Positions 21,424 to 31,310 of a DNA stretch of 64,000 nucleotides are shown piece after piece. Position 1 is the first letter of the stretch. Every line of letters starts with the position of its first letter. The notes under the pieces were generated by a model. That model was given only the letters and a program-made list of their open reading frames with translations, ran no database searches and was not told the origin of the DNA. The DNA lies in assembly GCA_963745025.1 (NCBI GenBank), contig CAVUWD010000019.1, positions 224,001 to 288,000 on the forward strand, read 5' to 3'. The translations under genes and the position numbers were made by a program. This DNA is from an uncultured delta proteobacterium. GTDB lineage: Bacteria > Desulfobacterota > Binatia > JACPRU01.

Positions 21424-22395
21424 ATGAGATTCTTCATCACCGGCATCTCCGGGTTCGCGGGGTCGCATCTCGCGCGCTTCTTGCTCGACCGCGGGCACGT
21501 CGTCACGGGCGCGGCGCGCGAGCCGGGCTCGTTGGCCGCGCTCCATCGCCGCTACGGCGAGCGGTTCCCGCCGAGCGCCGTGGGTCTCTTTGACATCCGC
21601 GATGGCGCGGCGCTGCGCGCGGCGCTCTCGCGCGCCGAGCCCGACGGCGTCTATCACCTGGCCGCGTTGAGCTTCGTTCCGAGGACCTTCGAGCGCCCCG
21701 AGCTCGCCTACGAGGTCAACTTTCTCGGCTCGATCGAGCTCCTGGCGGCGGTCCGGGACGTCGCCCCCCGCGCGCGTGTGGTGCTCGTGACCTCCGGGGA
21801 AGTCTACGGTTGGATCGATTCCGCGCGGGACCTTCCGCTGGCGGAGAGCCAGCCGCTACGGCCGCTGTCGCCCTACAGCGTGGCGAAGGCGGCGGCGGAT
21901 CTCGCCGGGTTCCAATTCTTCTGGTCCGATTCGCTCGATGTCGTGCGCGCTCGACCGTTCAACCACACGGGACCCGGCCAGACGGCGGAATTCGTCTGCT
22001 CCGAGTTCGCCCGAGCGTTGGCGGCCGCCGAGTCCGGATGCGGCCCGAAGCGGCTGCAGGTCGGGAACTTGGAGGTCGAGCGCGACTTCAGCGACGTCCG
22101 CGACGTGGTGCGCGGCTACCTGTCGCTGTTCGAGAAGGGCAGGGCGGGCGAGGCGTACAATCTCGGCTCGGGCCGAACGACCCGCTTGCGGGCCGTGCTC
22201 GACGAGCTTCGGGCTCAATGCCGCGTTCCCGTCGAGGTGGACGTCGATCCGCAGAAGCTGCGCCCCCGTGAGGTGACTCGCGTGGTCGGCTCGATCGAGA
22301 AAATCGGCCTTGACACGGGTTGGCGGCCCGAAATTCCGCTGCGGCAGACCCTCGCCGATCTGCTGCAGTACTGGCGTCAGGAGCTGAACCGGTGA
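21424..22395 (+). CDS. rmd: GDP-4-dehydro-6-deoxy-D-mannose reductase (GDP-D-rhamnose synthesis), extended SDR
   Basis: ITGISGFAGSHL, HLAALSFVP, YSVAK, RPFNHTGPGQ, VGNLEVERDFSDVRDVVRGY; directly after gmd. Confidence 0.8.
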   Translation: MRFFITGISGFAGSHLARFLLDRGHVVTGAAREPGSLAALHRRYGERFPPSAVGLFDIRDGAALRAALSRAEPDGVYHLAALSFVPRTFERPELAYEVNFLGSIELLAAVRDVAPRARVVLVTSGEVYGWIDSARDLPLAESQPLRPLSPYSVAKAAADLAGFQFFWSDSLDVVRARPFNHTGPGQTAEFVCSEFARALAAAESGCGPKRLQVGNLEVERDFSDVRDVVRGYLSLFEKGRAGEAYNLGSGRTTRLRAVLDELRAQCRVPVEVDVDPQKLRPREVTRVVGSIEKIGLDTGWRPEIPLRQTLADLLQYWRQELNR

Positions 22396-23087
22396 AACGC
22401 TGCTCGGGTCTCTCGCTGGTGATGCCTGCGTACAACGAGGAAGCGAACGTCGCGGCGGCCATCCGTGCATGCGCGGCGGCCGGCGAGACGTTCGCCGAGG
22501 ACTACGAAGTGATCGTCGTCGACGACGGCAGCCGGGACCGCACGGCCGATTGCGTGCGCGAAGAAGCGCAGGCGAATCCGCGTGTCCGGCTGATTTCGCT
22601 GCCGCAGAATCGCGGATTCGGCGGCGCGCTCAAGACGGGACTCAACGCGGCCGAGAAGCCGCTCGTCTTCTACACGGATTCCGACCTGCAGTTCGACCTC
22701 CAGGAGATCGCTGGGCTGCTCGAGAAGATCGACGAATGCCCGGTCGTGGTCGGCTACCGGGTGAACCGCCAGGACCATTTCGTTCGCAAGTTGAATGCGT
22801 GGGCGTGGGGCCGCCTGCAGTGGGTGCTCTTCGGCCTCGACGTCCGCGACATCGACTGCGGCTTCAAGCTCTTCCGCCGCGAGGTCCTGCAGGCGATGCC
22901 GATGCGCTCGGACGGCGCGTTCATCTCCACCGAGATCTTGCTGCGCGCCCGGGCGGCGGGACATCGCATCGGCGAAGTTCCCGTGCGGCACTATCCCCGC
23001 AAGGCCGGCGCCCCCACGGGCGCCAACCTGTCGGTGATCCGCAAGGCCTTCCGCGAGCTCTGGGACCTGCGGAAGGAGCTTCGCTAG
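22392..23087 (+). CDS. GT2 glycosyltransferase (DPM1/ArnC-like, polyprenol-phosphate type)
   Basis: VMPAYNEE, VVDDGSRD, NRGFGGA, DSDLQF, DIDCGFKLFRR. Confidence 0.88.
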   Translation: MKRCSGLSLVMPAYNEEANVAAAIRACAAAGETFAEDYEVIVVDDGSRDRTADCVREEAQANPRVRLISLPQNRGFGGALKTGLNAAEKPLVFYTDSDLQFDLQEIAGLLEKIDECPVVVGYRVNRQDHFVRKLNAWAWGRLQWVLFGLDVRDIDCGFKLFRREVLQAMPMRSDGAFISTEILLRARAAGHRIGEVPVRHYPRKAGAPTGANLSVIRKAFRELWDLRKELR

Positions 23088-23923
23088 TGGCGGTCTCCGT
23101 CTCGCAGCGCGTGGCCAGCCGCGCATCCGGTCCGTCGTTCGCCGCCCTCACCATGGTGGCGGACCTCGTGCGCCACCGCTCGCTCGTGCTGGCGCTTCTT
23201 GAGCGTGAGCTGAAGGCTCGCTACCGCGGGTCCATCCTCGGCTTCGTCTGGACCTTCCTGAATCCCTTGCTGTTGATGGCGGTCTACGCGCTGGTGTTTC
23301 GCTTCTACATGCGGATCGCGGTGCCGAACTACGCGCTCTTCTTGCTCGCCGGCTTGCTGCCGTGGACGTGGTTCTCGTCTTCGCTCGCCGACGGCACCAA
23401 CGCCATCGTCGGCGGCAGCTCGCTCGTCACCAAATCGTTGTTTCCCACCGAGATCCTGCCGGCCGTGGTCGTGCTCTCCAACATGGTGAACTTCGCCCTG
23501 AGCATCCCGCTCCTCGCCCTCGCCGGCTGGGCGTACGGCGTCCCGTTCAACCCGGTCGCCTGGCTGTGGCTCGTGCCGGTGATGGTACTCCAATGCGTGT
23601 TCACGCTCGGCCTCGTGCTGTCGCTCGCCGCGCTGAACGTGCACTATCGGGATGTGCAGCACGTGGTGGCAAATCTGCTCCTCTTGTGGTTTTTTTTGAC
23701 CCCGATCGTCTACCCCGCCTCGCAAGTTCCCGAGCGGCTGCATCTGCTCCTCTGGGCGAACCCCGTGGCGCTGTTCACCGCAATCTACCGCGACATCTTC
23801 GTCACGCCGGCATGGCCGAACCTCGAAGCCTTCGGCGCGCTGACGATCTACGCACTCGCCTCGATCCTCGTGGGAGCGAAAATCTTCGATGGCTACCGCG
23901 ACACCTTCCCCGAGCTCGTCTGA
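23087..23923 (+). CDS. wzm: ABC-2 polysaccharide exporter permease
   Basis: RELKARYRGSILGFVWTFLNPLL, YRDVQH, FFLTPIVYP, NP; six hydrophobic segments. Alternative start at 23153. Confidence 0.92.
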   Translation: MAVSVSQRVASRASGPSFAALTMVADLVRHRSLVLALLERELKARYRGSILGFVWTFLNPLLLMAVYALVFRFYMRIAVPNYALFLLAGLLPWTWFSSSLADGTNAIVGGSSLVTKSLFPTEILPAVVVLSNMVNFALSIPLLALAGWAYGVPFNPVAWLWLVPVMVLQCVFTLGLVLSLAALNVHYRDVQHVVANLLLLWFFLTPIVYPASQVPERLHLLLWANPVALFTAIYRDIFVTPAWPNLEAFGALTIYALASILVGAKIFDGYRDTFPELV

Positions 23924-25151
23924 CGCCGCGCCGGCGCTGGCGCGGGCGCGCGGCGCGGCTCCGAGCGGCGTCGCCTCGGCGCCGCAGCCGCCGGCAATCC
24001 GCCTGGCGGGCGTGCGCAAGCGCTTTCGCAAATACACGGTGCGCGGCGGCTACACCACGCTCAAGACCTCGCTCGTGAAGCGCATGTTTCGCGCGAAGTT
24101 CCCGGTCGGCAACTACCTCGACGTGTTGAACGGGATCGATCTGGAGATCCCGGCCGGGCTCACGCTCGGCATCATCGGGCGCAACGGGTCCGGGAAAAGC
24201 ACGCTCCTGAAGATCATGGCGGGGATCATCCGGCCGGATCAGGGCGAGGTCGAGGTGCGGGGGCGGGTGTCCCCGCTGATCGAGCTCGGCGCCGGCTTCC
24301 ATCCGGAGTTTTCGGGACGGGAGAACGTGTATCTCAACGGGTTGGTCATCGGCATGAGCAAGGCCGAGACCGAGGAACGCTACGATTCGATCGTGGAGTT
24401 CGCGGGGCTCGCCGACGTCATCGACGATCCGGTACGCACGTACTCGTCGGGGATGTACATGCGTCTCGCCTTTTCGGTCGCCGTGCATGCCGACCCCGAG
24501 GTGTTGTTGATCGACGAGATCCTCGCGGTCGGCGACGAATCGTTCATCGGCAAGTGCTACGAGCGGATCGCGGCCTTTCAGGAAGCCGGCAAGACGATCG
24601 TCATGGTCTCGCACGGCCTCGAGTCGATCGAGCGGTGGTGTCACGAGGCCATCTGGATCGACGAGGGACGCATCGCCGCACGGGGCTATCCGGCCGAGGT
24701 GGTACGTCTCTACCACGCGGCCATCACGCCGGCACAGAAGGGCCCCCTGCGCGAGCGATCGCTGCGCGACAGCCTGACGCCGGGAAGGCTCGCCGCGACG
24801 ATCCGCGTGGTGGATCCTCCGGTACGCACGTCCGAGCCGTGGCACTACGTGATGCGAGCCCTTCTCGAGGTCGAGAACGTCGGCGACACCGTGTGGCGCG
24901 CTCTGCCGCCCACCCGACGCGGTACCGTCATGGTGGGCGGTCGACTCCACTCGGGCGAGCGTTTTCTCGGCGAGATCCTGCGGGCGCTGATCCCGCGTGA
25001 CGTCTATCCGCGGGAACGCGCCTCTGTGGAGCTCAAGTTCAAGCTGCCTGGGCCCGGACGCTACTTGGTGGACGTCGATCTCGTCGACGAAGGAATCTGC
25101 TGGTTCGTCGAGCACGGGTCGCAGACGCTTCGGCTTGAAATCACGATCTAA
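23889..25151 (+). CDS. wzt: Polysaccharide ABC exporter ATPase with C-terminal Ig-like domain
   Basis: GRNGSGKST, ELGAGFHPEFSGREN, YSSGMYMRLAF, IDEILAVGD; start uncertain. Confidence 0.92.
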   Translation: MATATPSPSSSDAAPALARARGAAPSGVASAPQPPAIRLAGVRKRFRKYTVRGGYTTLKTSLVKRMFRAKFPVGNYLDVLNGIDLEIPAGLTLGIIGRNGSGKSTLLKIMAGIIRPDQGEVEVRGRVSPLIELGAGFHPEFSGRENVYLNGLVIGMSKAETEERYDSIVEFAGLADVIDDPVRTYSSGMYMRLAFSVAVHADPEVLLIDEILAVGDESFIGKCYERIAAFQEAGKTIVMVSHGLESIERWCHEAIWIDEGRIAARGYPAEVVRLYHAAITPAQKGPLRERSLRDSLTPGRLAATIRVVDPPVRTSEPWHYVMRALLEVENVGDTVWRALPPTRRGTVMVGGRLHSGERFLGEILRALIPRDVYPRERASVELKFKLPGPGRYLVDVDLVDEGICWFVEHGSQTLRLEITI

Positions 25152-25157
25152 GTGCCG

Positions 25158-25429
25158 ATGTACCCGTTCAGTCTTCGTAGCAACGCCGCGAACTCCGAGG
25201 AGCGCTGGAGTTTCCCGCCGGGCCGTACTCGGCCCGACAGGAAACTCCAGCCACCGCGCGGAGGCGTCCCCTCCTGCGTAGCGCGGAACGCAACAACCCT
25301 CGGCGCTGGTCTATTGCCTTCCGCGCTCCGCGCGGTTGCGGTCGGTCGTGATCGACCCGAGTACGGGCCGATCATGACCGACCGCGCTCTCCGCCTTGCC
25401 GAAGGGTCGTGCGAAAACTGAGGGGGTAC
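25158..25429. mobile_element. Three-hairpin non-autonomous repeat element, copy A
   Basis: Core 25202-25390 homologous to three other copies; outer imperfect inverted repeat GTACCCGTTCAGTCTTCG/CGAAAACTGAGGGGGTAC; GTGCCG direct repeats at 25152 and 25430. Confidence 0.8.
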
Positions 25430-26458
25430 GTGCCGGTCCGTATCGAAGAGATCATCGAGCGTATCCGACGGGAGATCGCCGACGAGGCAAACGCCGCGCC
25501 GACCGATCGTTCCGCTCCCTCCGACGTCGACCGATTGCCGGCGATCGCCACGCGGCCGGAGCTCGACTACCTGAATCGGAACTGGCACCTCTTCGATCCG
25601 CTCTCGGAGATGCGCTCGCATCGGCGCTGGTTTGGCCCGCTCGTGGTGAGCTTGCGTTGGAAGCTCCGCCGGGTGGTGCTCGGGGTGCTCGATCGCTACT
25701 TCGAGAAGGAGCGGCTGTTTCTGATCGAGCTCGTGCGCTTCAACAATGCGCTCGCCGAGCGCAGCGACCGGCTGCTTCGCGAGGTGACGGAGCGCACGAA
25801 AGCGGTCGCGGAGCGAAACGACCTCTTTCTCGGCGCCCTCGACGTTCGCCTCGAGGCGCTCGAGGCGCGGGAGCAGTTGCGCCGGGTGCTCGTGGATTCG
25901 CCCCGGGGGCTCGCACCGCAGGCCGGCGACGCCGAGGAGTCCGTGCTCGCGGAGATGGCGATCGCGGTCGGCGCCGGTCTCGGGGAGCGCGTCCGGCCGT
26001 TCGGCGACTATCTCCGTTCCCCGGGGTCCGTTCTCTTGCTCGGTTGCGGCGACGGCGAGGTCTTCGAGGCGCTCGACGGAATCGCCGCGACGGGCGTGGA
26101 GGCGAGTGCGTCGCTGGTCGACGAGTGTCGCTCGCGGGGATTCGCGGCCGAGGTCGCGGCGCTGCGCTCCTACCTGGAGGCGGTGCCGGAGGGCTCGCTC
26201 GGGGGTCTGGTGATCACGCGGGTCGTCGATCGCCATCCACTCGCGGCGTGGCCGCGCCTCGTCGCAGCGGCATGGCGGTCGCTGCGGCCCGGGGGAATGG
26301 TCCTGTTCGAGGGGCTCGCGGACGAGGGCGCCGCCGCCCGGCTGCGCTGGCTCGCCGGGCGGCAGCGGTTCACGGTCGTCGATGCCCGCGAGTTCCCCGG
26401 TGATGGACGCGCGCCGCGGGAGCGCGTCCTCGTCTGTCGGCGTGTCGAGGCGACGTGA
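25430..26458 (+). CDS. Coiled-coil plus SAM-methyltransferase-like protein (putative glycan chain terminator)
   Basis: Helical N-terminal half, then VLLLGCGDGE (motif I-like), GVEAS, SLRPGG; lies after wzt. Confidence 0.65.
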   Translation: MPVRIEEIIERIRREIADEANAAPTDRSAPSDVDRLPAIATRPELDYLNRNWHLFDPLSEMRSHRRWFGPLVVSLRWKLRRVVLGVLDRYFEKERLFLIELVRFNNALAERSDRLLREVTERTKAVAERNDLFLGALDVRLEALEAREQLRRVLVDSPRGLAPQAGDAEESVLAEMAIAVGAGLGERVRPFGDYLRSPGSVLLLGCGDGEVFEALDGIAATGVEASASLVDECRSRGFAAEVAALRSYLEAVPEGSLGGLVITRVVDRHPLAAWPRLVAAAWRSLRPGGMVLFEGLADEGAAARLRWLAGRQRFTVVDAREFPGDGRAPRERVLVCRRVEAT

Positions 26459-28101
26459 GCGCGCAAAGAAGACGGCTCGCCTTCGTCGGCCCGCTTCCGC
26501 CGGTGCGCAGCGGGATTGCCGATTATGCCCGCGACCTGCTGCCCCACCTCGTCGAGGATTTCGAGGTCGAGGTCTTCGTCGACGATCGGCATCCCCTCGT
26601 GGCGGAAGGCGCGTACGGCACACTTCGCCTGCATCCGGGCGCGGAGCTCGGGCGCCGCTTCGCCGACTTCGACTGCGTCGTTTACCAGATGGGCAACAAT
26701 CTCCATCATCGCTTTGTGCTCGAGCTCGCCCGCGAGTTGCCGGGGATCGTCGTTCTGCACGACCTCGTTCTTCATCATCTCTACGAGGAGATCGCCGGCC
26801 TCGAGGACGAGTGGGAGCCTTATGGCGAGGCGCTGCGCGAGGGCTACGGCCCGATCGGTGGCGCGGTCGTGCAATGGAAGCGCTGGCGTCTCGCCTCGGA
26901 GCGCGAGAACTTCGCGTTGCCGCTCTTCGAGCCGATCGGCGCGCGCAGCCGCGGAGTTCTCGTGCACAGCCGCTCGGCCGAAGCCGAGGTGCGCCGTCGC
27001 TTGCCGCAGACGCCGGTCGAGCGGATTCCGATGGGCATCCCGCGCGAGCCGGAGCTCGACCGCGAGGGCGCGCGCCGCCGCCTCGGCGTATCGCCCGAGC
27101 AGGTGTTGATCGGCGCCTTCGGGTTCCTGACGCCGATCAAGCGGCTCGACGTGCTCGCTACGGCGTTGCGCGCCGCCTGGCGGCATTGTCCGGAGCTCCG
27201 GTTGGTCCTCGTCGGTGAGGCCAGCTCCGGTCTTCGATTGGAAGAGATCGTCACGCCGAGCGAGCTCGCCGGCGGTCGCGTCGAGCACCGCGGATACGTG
27301 GCCGCGGACGAGTATCGTGACTGGATGGCGGCGACCGACGTCGCCGTGAACCTGCGGTTTCCGTCCGCCGGCGAGACCTCGGCGAGCCTGCTCCGCCTTC
27401 TCGGCGACGGAAAATGCACGCTGGTCTCGGCCTACCGGCAGTTTCTCGAGATCCCCGCGGAGGCGGCGGTGCGAATTCCGCTCGGTGCGGAGGAGGAGGG
27501 GACGCTCGTGCGCGAGCTCGTCGCGCTCGCTCGCGATCCCCAGCGCCGGATGCGCATCGGACGGGCGGCCCAGGTGTTCGTCGCCGCCGAGCATTCGATG
27601 GAAGCGGCGGCCGGTGGTTTTTGCGCTGCCGTGCAAAGGATCGCGGTGTCGCGACCGTCGCCTCGGCCGCGCCTGCCGATCTGGCGACCCCCAGCGACGA
27701 GCCGCGGCGCGGCGGTTCATGCGACGGTCCGAGCGTCCGAGCCGCCGGCTCTCCGTTCGCAACCGGGCTCGGCCGTCGAGCTCGAGCTGTCGATTCGGAA
27801 CGATGGAGCGTCTCGCTGGATCTCGACGCCGGAGCGGTTCGGGGGGCACGTCGCGATCGCCGCCGACCTGCTCGGGGCGGGGGGCGAGCTCGTCGCGCGG
27901 CTGCGGCCGACCGCTCTGGTGCGGGACTTGGGCCCGGGCGAGGACGAATCCGTGCGGCTTCGCTTCACCGCCCCGCCCGATCGCGGCGAATACCTCGTCC
28001 AGCCGACGATCGTTCACTTCGGCCGCGGCGGGTCTCGGCCGGCCGGGAATCCGATCCCCCTCCTGGTGGCTCCGGACGCCGCCGGATGCTCTCCGCGCTG
28101 A
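26455..28101 (+). CDS. GT4 glycosyltransferase with C-terminal Ig-like domain
   Basis: GPLPPVRSGIADY, YQMGNN.HH, VVLHD, FGFLTPIKR, VNLRFPSAGETSASL. Confidence 0.85.
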   Translation: MSAQRRRLAFVGPLPPVRSGIADYARDLLPHLVEDFEVEVFVDDRHPLVAEGAYGTLRLHPGAELGRRFADFDCVVYQMGNNLHHRFVLELARELPGIVVLHDLVLHHLYEEIAGLEDEWEPYGEALREGYGPIGGAVVQWKRWRLASERENFALPLFEPIGARSRGVLVHSRSAEAEVRRRLPQTPVERIPMGIPREPELDREGARRRLGVSPEQVLIGAFGFLTPIKRLDVLATALRAAWRHCPELRLVLVGEASSGLRLEEIVTPSELAGGRVEHRGYVAADEYRDWMAATDVAVNLRFPSAGETSASLLRLLGDGKCTLVSAYRQFLEIPAEAAVRIPLGAEEEGTLVRELVALARDPQRRMRIGRAAQVFVAAEHSMEAAAGGFCAAVQRIAVSRPSPRPRLPIWRPPATSRGAAVHATVRASEPPALRSQPGSAVELELSIRNDGASRWISTPERFGGHVAIAADLLGAGGELVARLRPTALVRDLGPGEDESVRLRFTAPPDRGEYLVQPTIVHFGRGGSRPAGNPIPLLVAPDAAGCSPR

Positions 28102-28310
28102 TTCTCGCCTCGCTCTTTGGCGTGCCCGGTCTGGCGCTGCTGGCGGGCGGCCGCGCGCGCGGAGAAGCACCGCGAGGGATGGAACACGATCGAGCTCGAC
28201 GCCGACGGCTCGACCGGCGGACCGCCCGGCGCCTCGGCGCGCTCCGCGCGGGGCAGGATACCGCATTCTTTCTCTGGCAGGTGAGCGTGACGGCGGCGCA
28301 CGCTCGATGA
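28086..28310 (+). pseudogene. Short membrane-protein-like ORF or remnant
   Basis: MLSALILASLFGVPGLALL hydrophobic start coupled to the GT4 stop, followed by non-protein-like sequence. Confidence 0.3.
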
Positions 28311-28317
28311 TCCCCTG

Positions 28318-29837
28318 TTGACGCAGAGCGGCCCGCCGATTACTGCCGCGGCTGTGCCGCAGAGCGATCCGAGAAACCACTTGCTGTGGCCGCTTCTTGC
28401 GAAGAACCTGGTGCGCGGCAGGGCCGAAGAGACCGCGCTGGCGGCGGGCGAGCGCGCGATCTCGTACGGCGAGCTCGCCGCCGCAGTCCGGCGCGGCGGC
28501 GACGAGATCGACGCGCAGTTCGCAGCGGGTGCACGGGTACTGGTCGCCGCTCGCAATCAGCTTCACGTCGGCGTCGCACTGCTCGCGGCGCTCCAGTCGC
28601 GCGCGACTCCGTTGCTCGCGGACCCGACGTCGGTCGAACGGCTGCGTGGGATCGCTCGCGAGTGGCGACTTTCCGGAGCGATCGGCGAAAGTGAGGTCTT
28701 AGAAGCGACTGGCTTGCCGATCATCGGAACGTCGCGCATCGAATCCTGGCTCGGGGCGGCGCACGGCTCGCCACCAGACCTTCTCCCCCCTGCGGTCGCC
28801 GGCGGCGAGCCCAGTTTCTGGACGTTCACCTCGGGAACGATGGGAGAGCCCAAGGCCGTCGTCCATTCGCATCGCGGGCCGTCGGCCGCTTACGCGGCAT
28901 TCGCTAGCGGGGTCGTCCATCTCGGACCCGAGGATGTGACGATCGCGACTGCGGGGCTGCCGTTCGTCTATGCGCTCGGCAACAACTTCTTCTTCCCGCT
29001 GATGGCGGGCGGCACGGCGGTACTTCCATCGGACCTCCTGCTGCCCACGGTTCTCGGCGAGCTCGCGCGCCATGGTGCCAGCGTGCTCGTCGCCGGCCCG
29101 TGGTCGCTGTCGGGCATCGTGCGCCTGGTGCGGCGTGCGCGGTGGGTCGAGGCGATCCGCCGGTTGCGCTGCGTGCTGTCCGCCGGGGAACCGCTGCCGG
29201 AGCGCGTGTTTCTCGAATGGAGGAAGCGATTCGGCAAGGAAGTGCTCGACAACCTCGGCTGCACGGAGATGTTCAACTCGTTCGTGAGCAACACGATGGG
29301 ACGGGCACGGCCGGGATCGCTCGGGGAAGGGGTCCCCGGCTTCGAGATTCAAGTGGGCGGCGAGCCACCCCTGTCGGGCGCGAAGGGCGAGCTTCGCGTG
29401 CGCGGCGACAGCCGCGCGATCGCCGTCGGCCGCGCGGGGAAGCTGGATCCACCCGAGGGCGAGTGGTGCGATACCGGCGACGAGGTGGAAGTCCGCGACG
29501 ATGGAACGCTCGCGTTCCTGGGTCGTCGGGACGACCGTTTCAAGGTGAAGGGGCAATTCCTTCATCCCGTCGAGGTCGAGCGTTCGCTCGCCGAGGTGCC
29601 GGGCGTCGCGGAGTGCCTCGTCGTGGCCGAGCCCGACGCGGACGGCCTGGCCGTGGTCGTTGCCAAGGTCGTCGCCCACGAAGAAGTCACGGGAGGAAGA
29701 GCTGGTGTGCCGCCTGCTCCGGCATGCGCGTGCCCGGCTCCGAGCCGTTCGCGGTGCCGGAGCGCATCGACGTCGTCGAATCGTTGCCGAGGAGCGAGCG
29801 CGGCAAGCTCGTCCGCCGTGCGGCGGTCGACGGCTGA
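28318..29837 (+). CDS. Benzoate-CoA-ligase-like AMP-dependent ligase; two frameshifts near 29690-29742
   Basis: FTSGTMGEPKAVVHSH, FVYALGNNFFFPL, SAGEPLP, LDNLGCTEMFNSFVSN, TGD, GRRDDRFKVKG; tail LPRSERGKL in a shifted frame; start uncertain. Confidence 0.78.
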
Positions 29838-30202
29838 GCCCGGGGCCTGCTCGTGATGCGAGGCATGGCCAGCGGGCAGCCGGCATTGTCTTTGCCGCCA
29901 CTCTTCTCTGGTCCGCGCTCGCTCGCGCGGCTGGAGCGTACTGGGGCGACGGAAGCGGGAACGGCGGGCTGGCCGGCCCTGAGCGCTCCCCCATCGTTTG
30001 TCTTGGACCGACAACCAGCTGTTCGGCTCGTTCCGCGGCGCCCGTCATGGACCCCATTCTACGGTGGCCCACGCCGCTCGACCTCGCTGATGACGCTGTG
30101 AACGGGCGCCGCGGGACGGAGGATTGCCGCGCTCCGAGAATGAGCATCGACCCCGCGCCCGGCTCTTTACTTGACGGGCCCGCACCGATATCTCCGGCGC
30201 CA

Positions 30203-30883
30203 ATGAAAATCTCCGTGGTCATCCCGGTCTTCAACGAGCGAGACACGATCGCCGAGATCCTGTCTCGAGTCCGCCGCGCCCTCGACGGAAAAGACTCGGA
30301 GCTCGTCGTCGTCGACGACGGCTCGACCGACGGGACGCGCGAAGCGCTCCGCTCGATTGCGGGAATCCGGCTGATCGAGCACGAGCAGAACCAGGGTAAA
30401 GGAGCGGCGTTGCGCACCGGTTTCGCCGCGGCCAACGGCGACGTCGTGATCGTCCAGGACGCCGACCTCGAATACGACCCGCGGGACTATCCGAAGCTCC
30501 TCGAGCCCATCGAAGACGGCCGCGCCGACGTCGTATTCGGCTCGCGCTTTCTCGGCGGCCCGCACCGGGTGCTCTTCTTCTGGCACTACTTGGCGAACAA
30601 GCTGCTCACCTGGCTGTCGAACGTGTTCACGAACCTGAACCTCTCCGACATGGAGACGGGGTACAAGGTCTTTCGCCGCCCGGTGCTCGAGCGTATCCAC
30701 ATCCGCTCCGACCGCTTCAATTTCGAGCCGGAGATCACGGCGAAGGTGGCCAAGACGCGTTGCCGCGTCTACGAGGTGCCGATCTCGTACAGCGGTCGCA
30801 CCTACGACGAGGGCAAGAAGATCGGCTGGCGCGATGGTCTCTCCGCGCTGTGGACGATCATCAAGTTCCGATTCGTGGATTGA
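30203..30883 (+). CDS. GT2 glycosyltransferase (DPM1-like)
   Basis: MKISVVIPVFNE, VDDGSTDGT, NQGKGAA, QDADLEYDP, DMETGYK, FEPEITAK, EGKKIGWRDG. Confidence 0.92.
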   Translation: MKISVVIPVFNERDTIAEILSRVRRALDGKDSELVVVDDGSTDGTREALRSIAGIRLIEHEQNQGKGAALRTGFAAANGDVVIVQDADLEYDPRDYPKLLEPIEDGRADVVFGSRFLGGPHRVLFFWHYLANKLLTWLSNVFTNLNLSDMETGYKVFRRPVLERIHIRSDRFNFEPEITAKVAKTRCRVYEVPISYSGRTYDEGKKIGWRDGLSALWTIIKFRFVD

Positions 30884-31058
30884 GATAGGGCTCGAGCGCG
30901 GCTTGCCAAGGTCTCATGTCGTCGAGACCGAGATGCTCGAGGTGCCGGCGGGCGCCCACCCGAGCTGGCCGCGCGCGCCGGTGGTCATGATCGGCCCCAC
31001 GCGACGAGCCTTAGCGGAACGCCGGCAATCGATGCTACAGGAAGCGTCGTTTGAAGAT

Positions 31059-31309
31059 AATGCCTCAGTCTTTGCCTCCGGCGCTCGAGATCGCGAAGCG
31101 CTGGATTTTCCGGTCGGCCCGTACTCGGGTCGACCGGAAAATCCAGCGACCGCGCGCTAGCGCGGAAGGCAATCGACCAACTCGCGGGTTATTGCCTTCC
31201 GCGCTTCGCGCGGTTGCGGTTGGTTGTGATCGACCCGAGTACGGGCCGATCACAACCAACCGCGCTCTCAGGTTCCGAAGCGCTTGAGGCGAAGACCGAG
31301 GCGCTCCCT
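31059..31309. mobile_element. Three-hairpin non-autonomous repeat element, copy B
   Basis: Core 31098-31269; outer inverted repeat GCCTCAGTCTTTGCCTC/GAGGCGAAGACCGAGGC; TTTGAAGAT direct repeats at 31050 and 31310. Confidence 0.85.
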
Positions 31310-31310
31310 T

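Noticed and set aside
25152-25421. Small similar ORFs (25152-25421, 31051-31287, 49583-49897) as a protein family
   Set aside because: They are translations of the palindromic repeat; starts, stops and lengths are not conserved, whereas base pairing is.
31098-31269. Cloverleaf elements as tRNA genes or integron attC sites
   Set aside because: Too long, with no T-loop/D-loop consensus or CCA; no GTTRRRY/RYYYAAC ends, cassette organisation or integrase.
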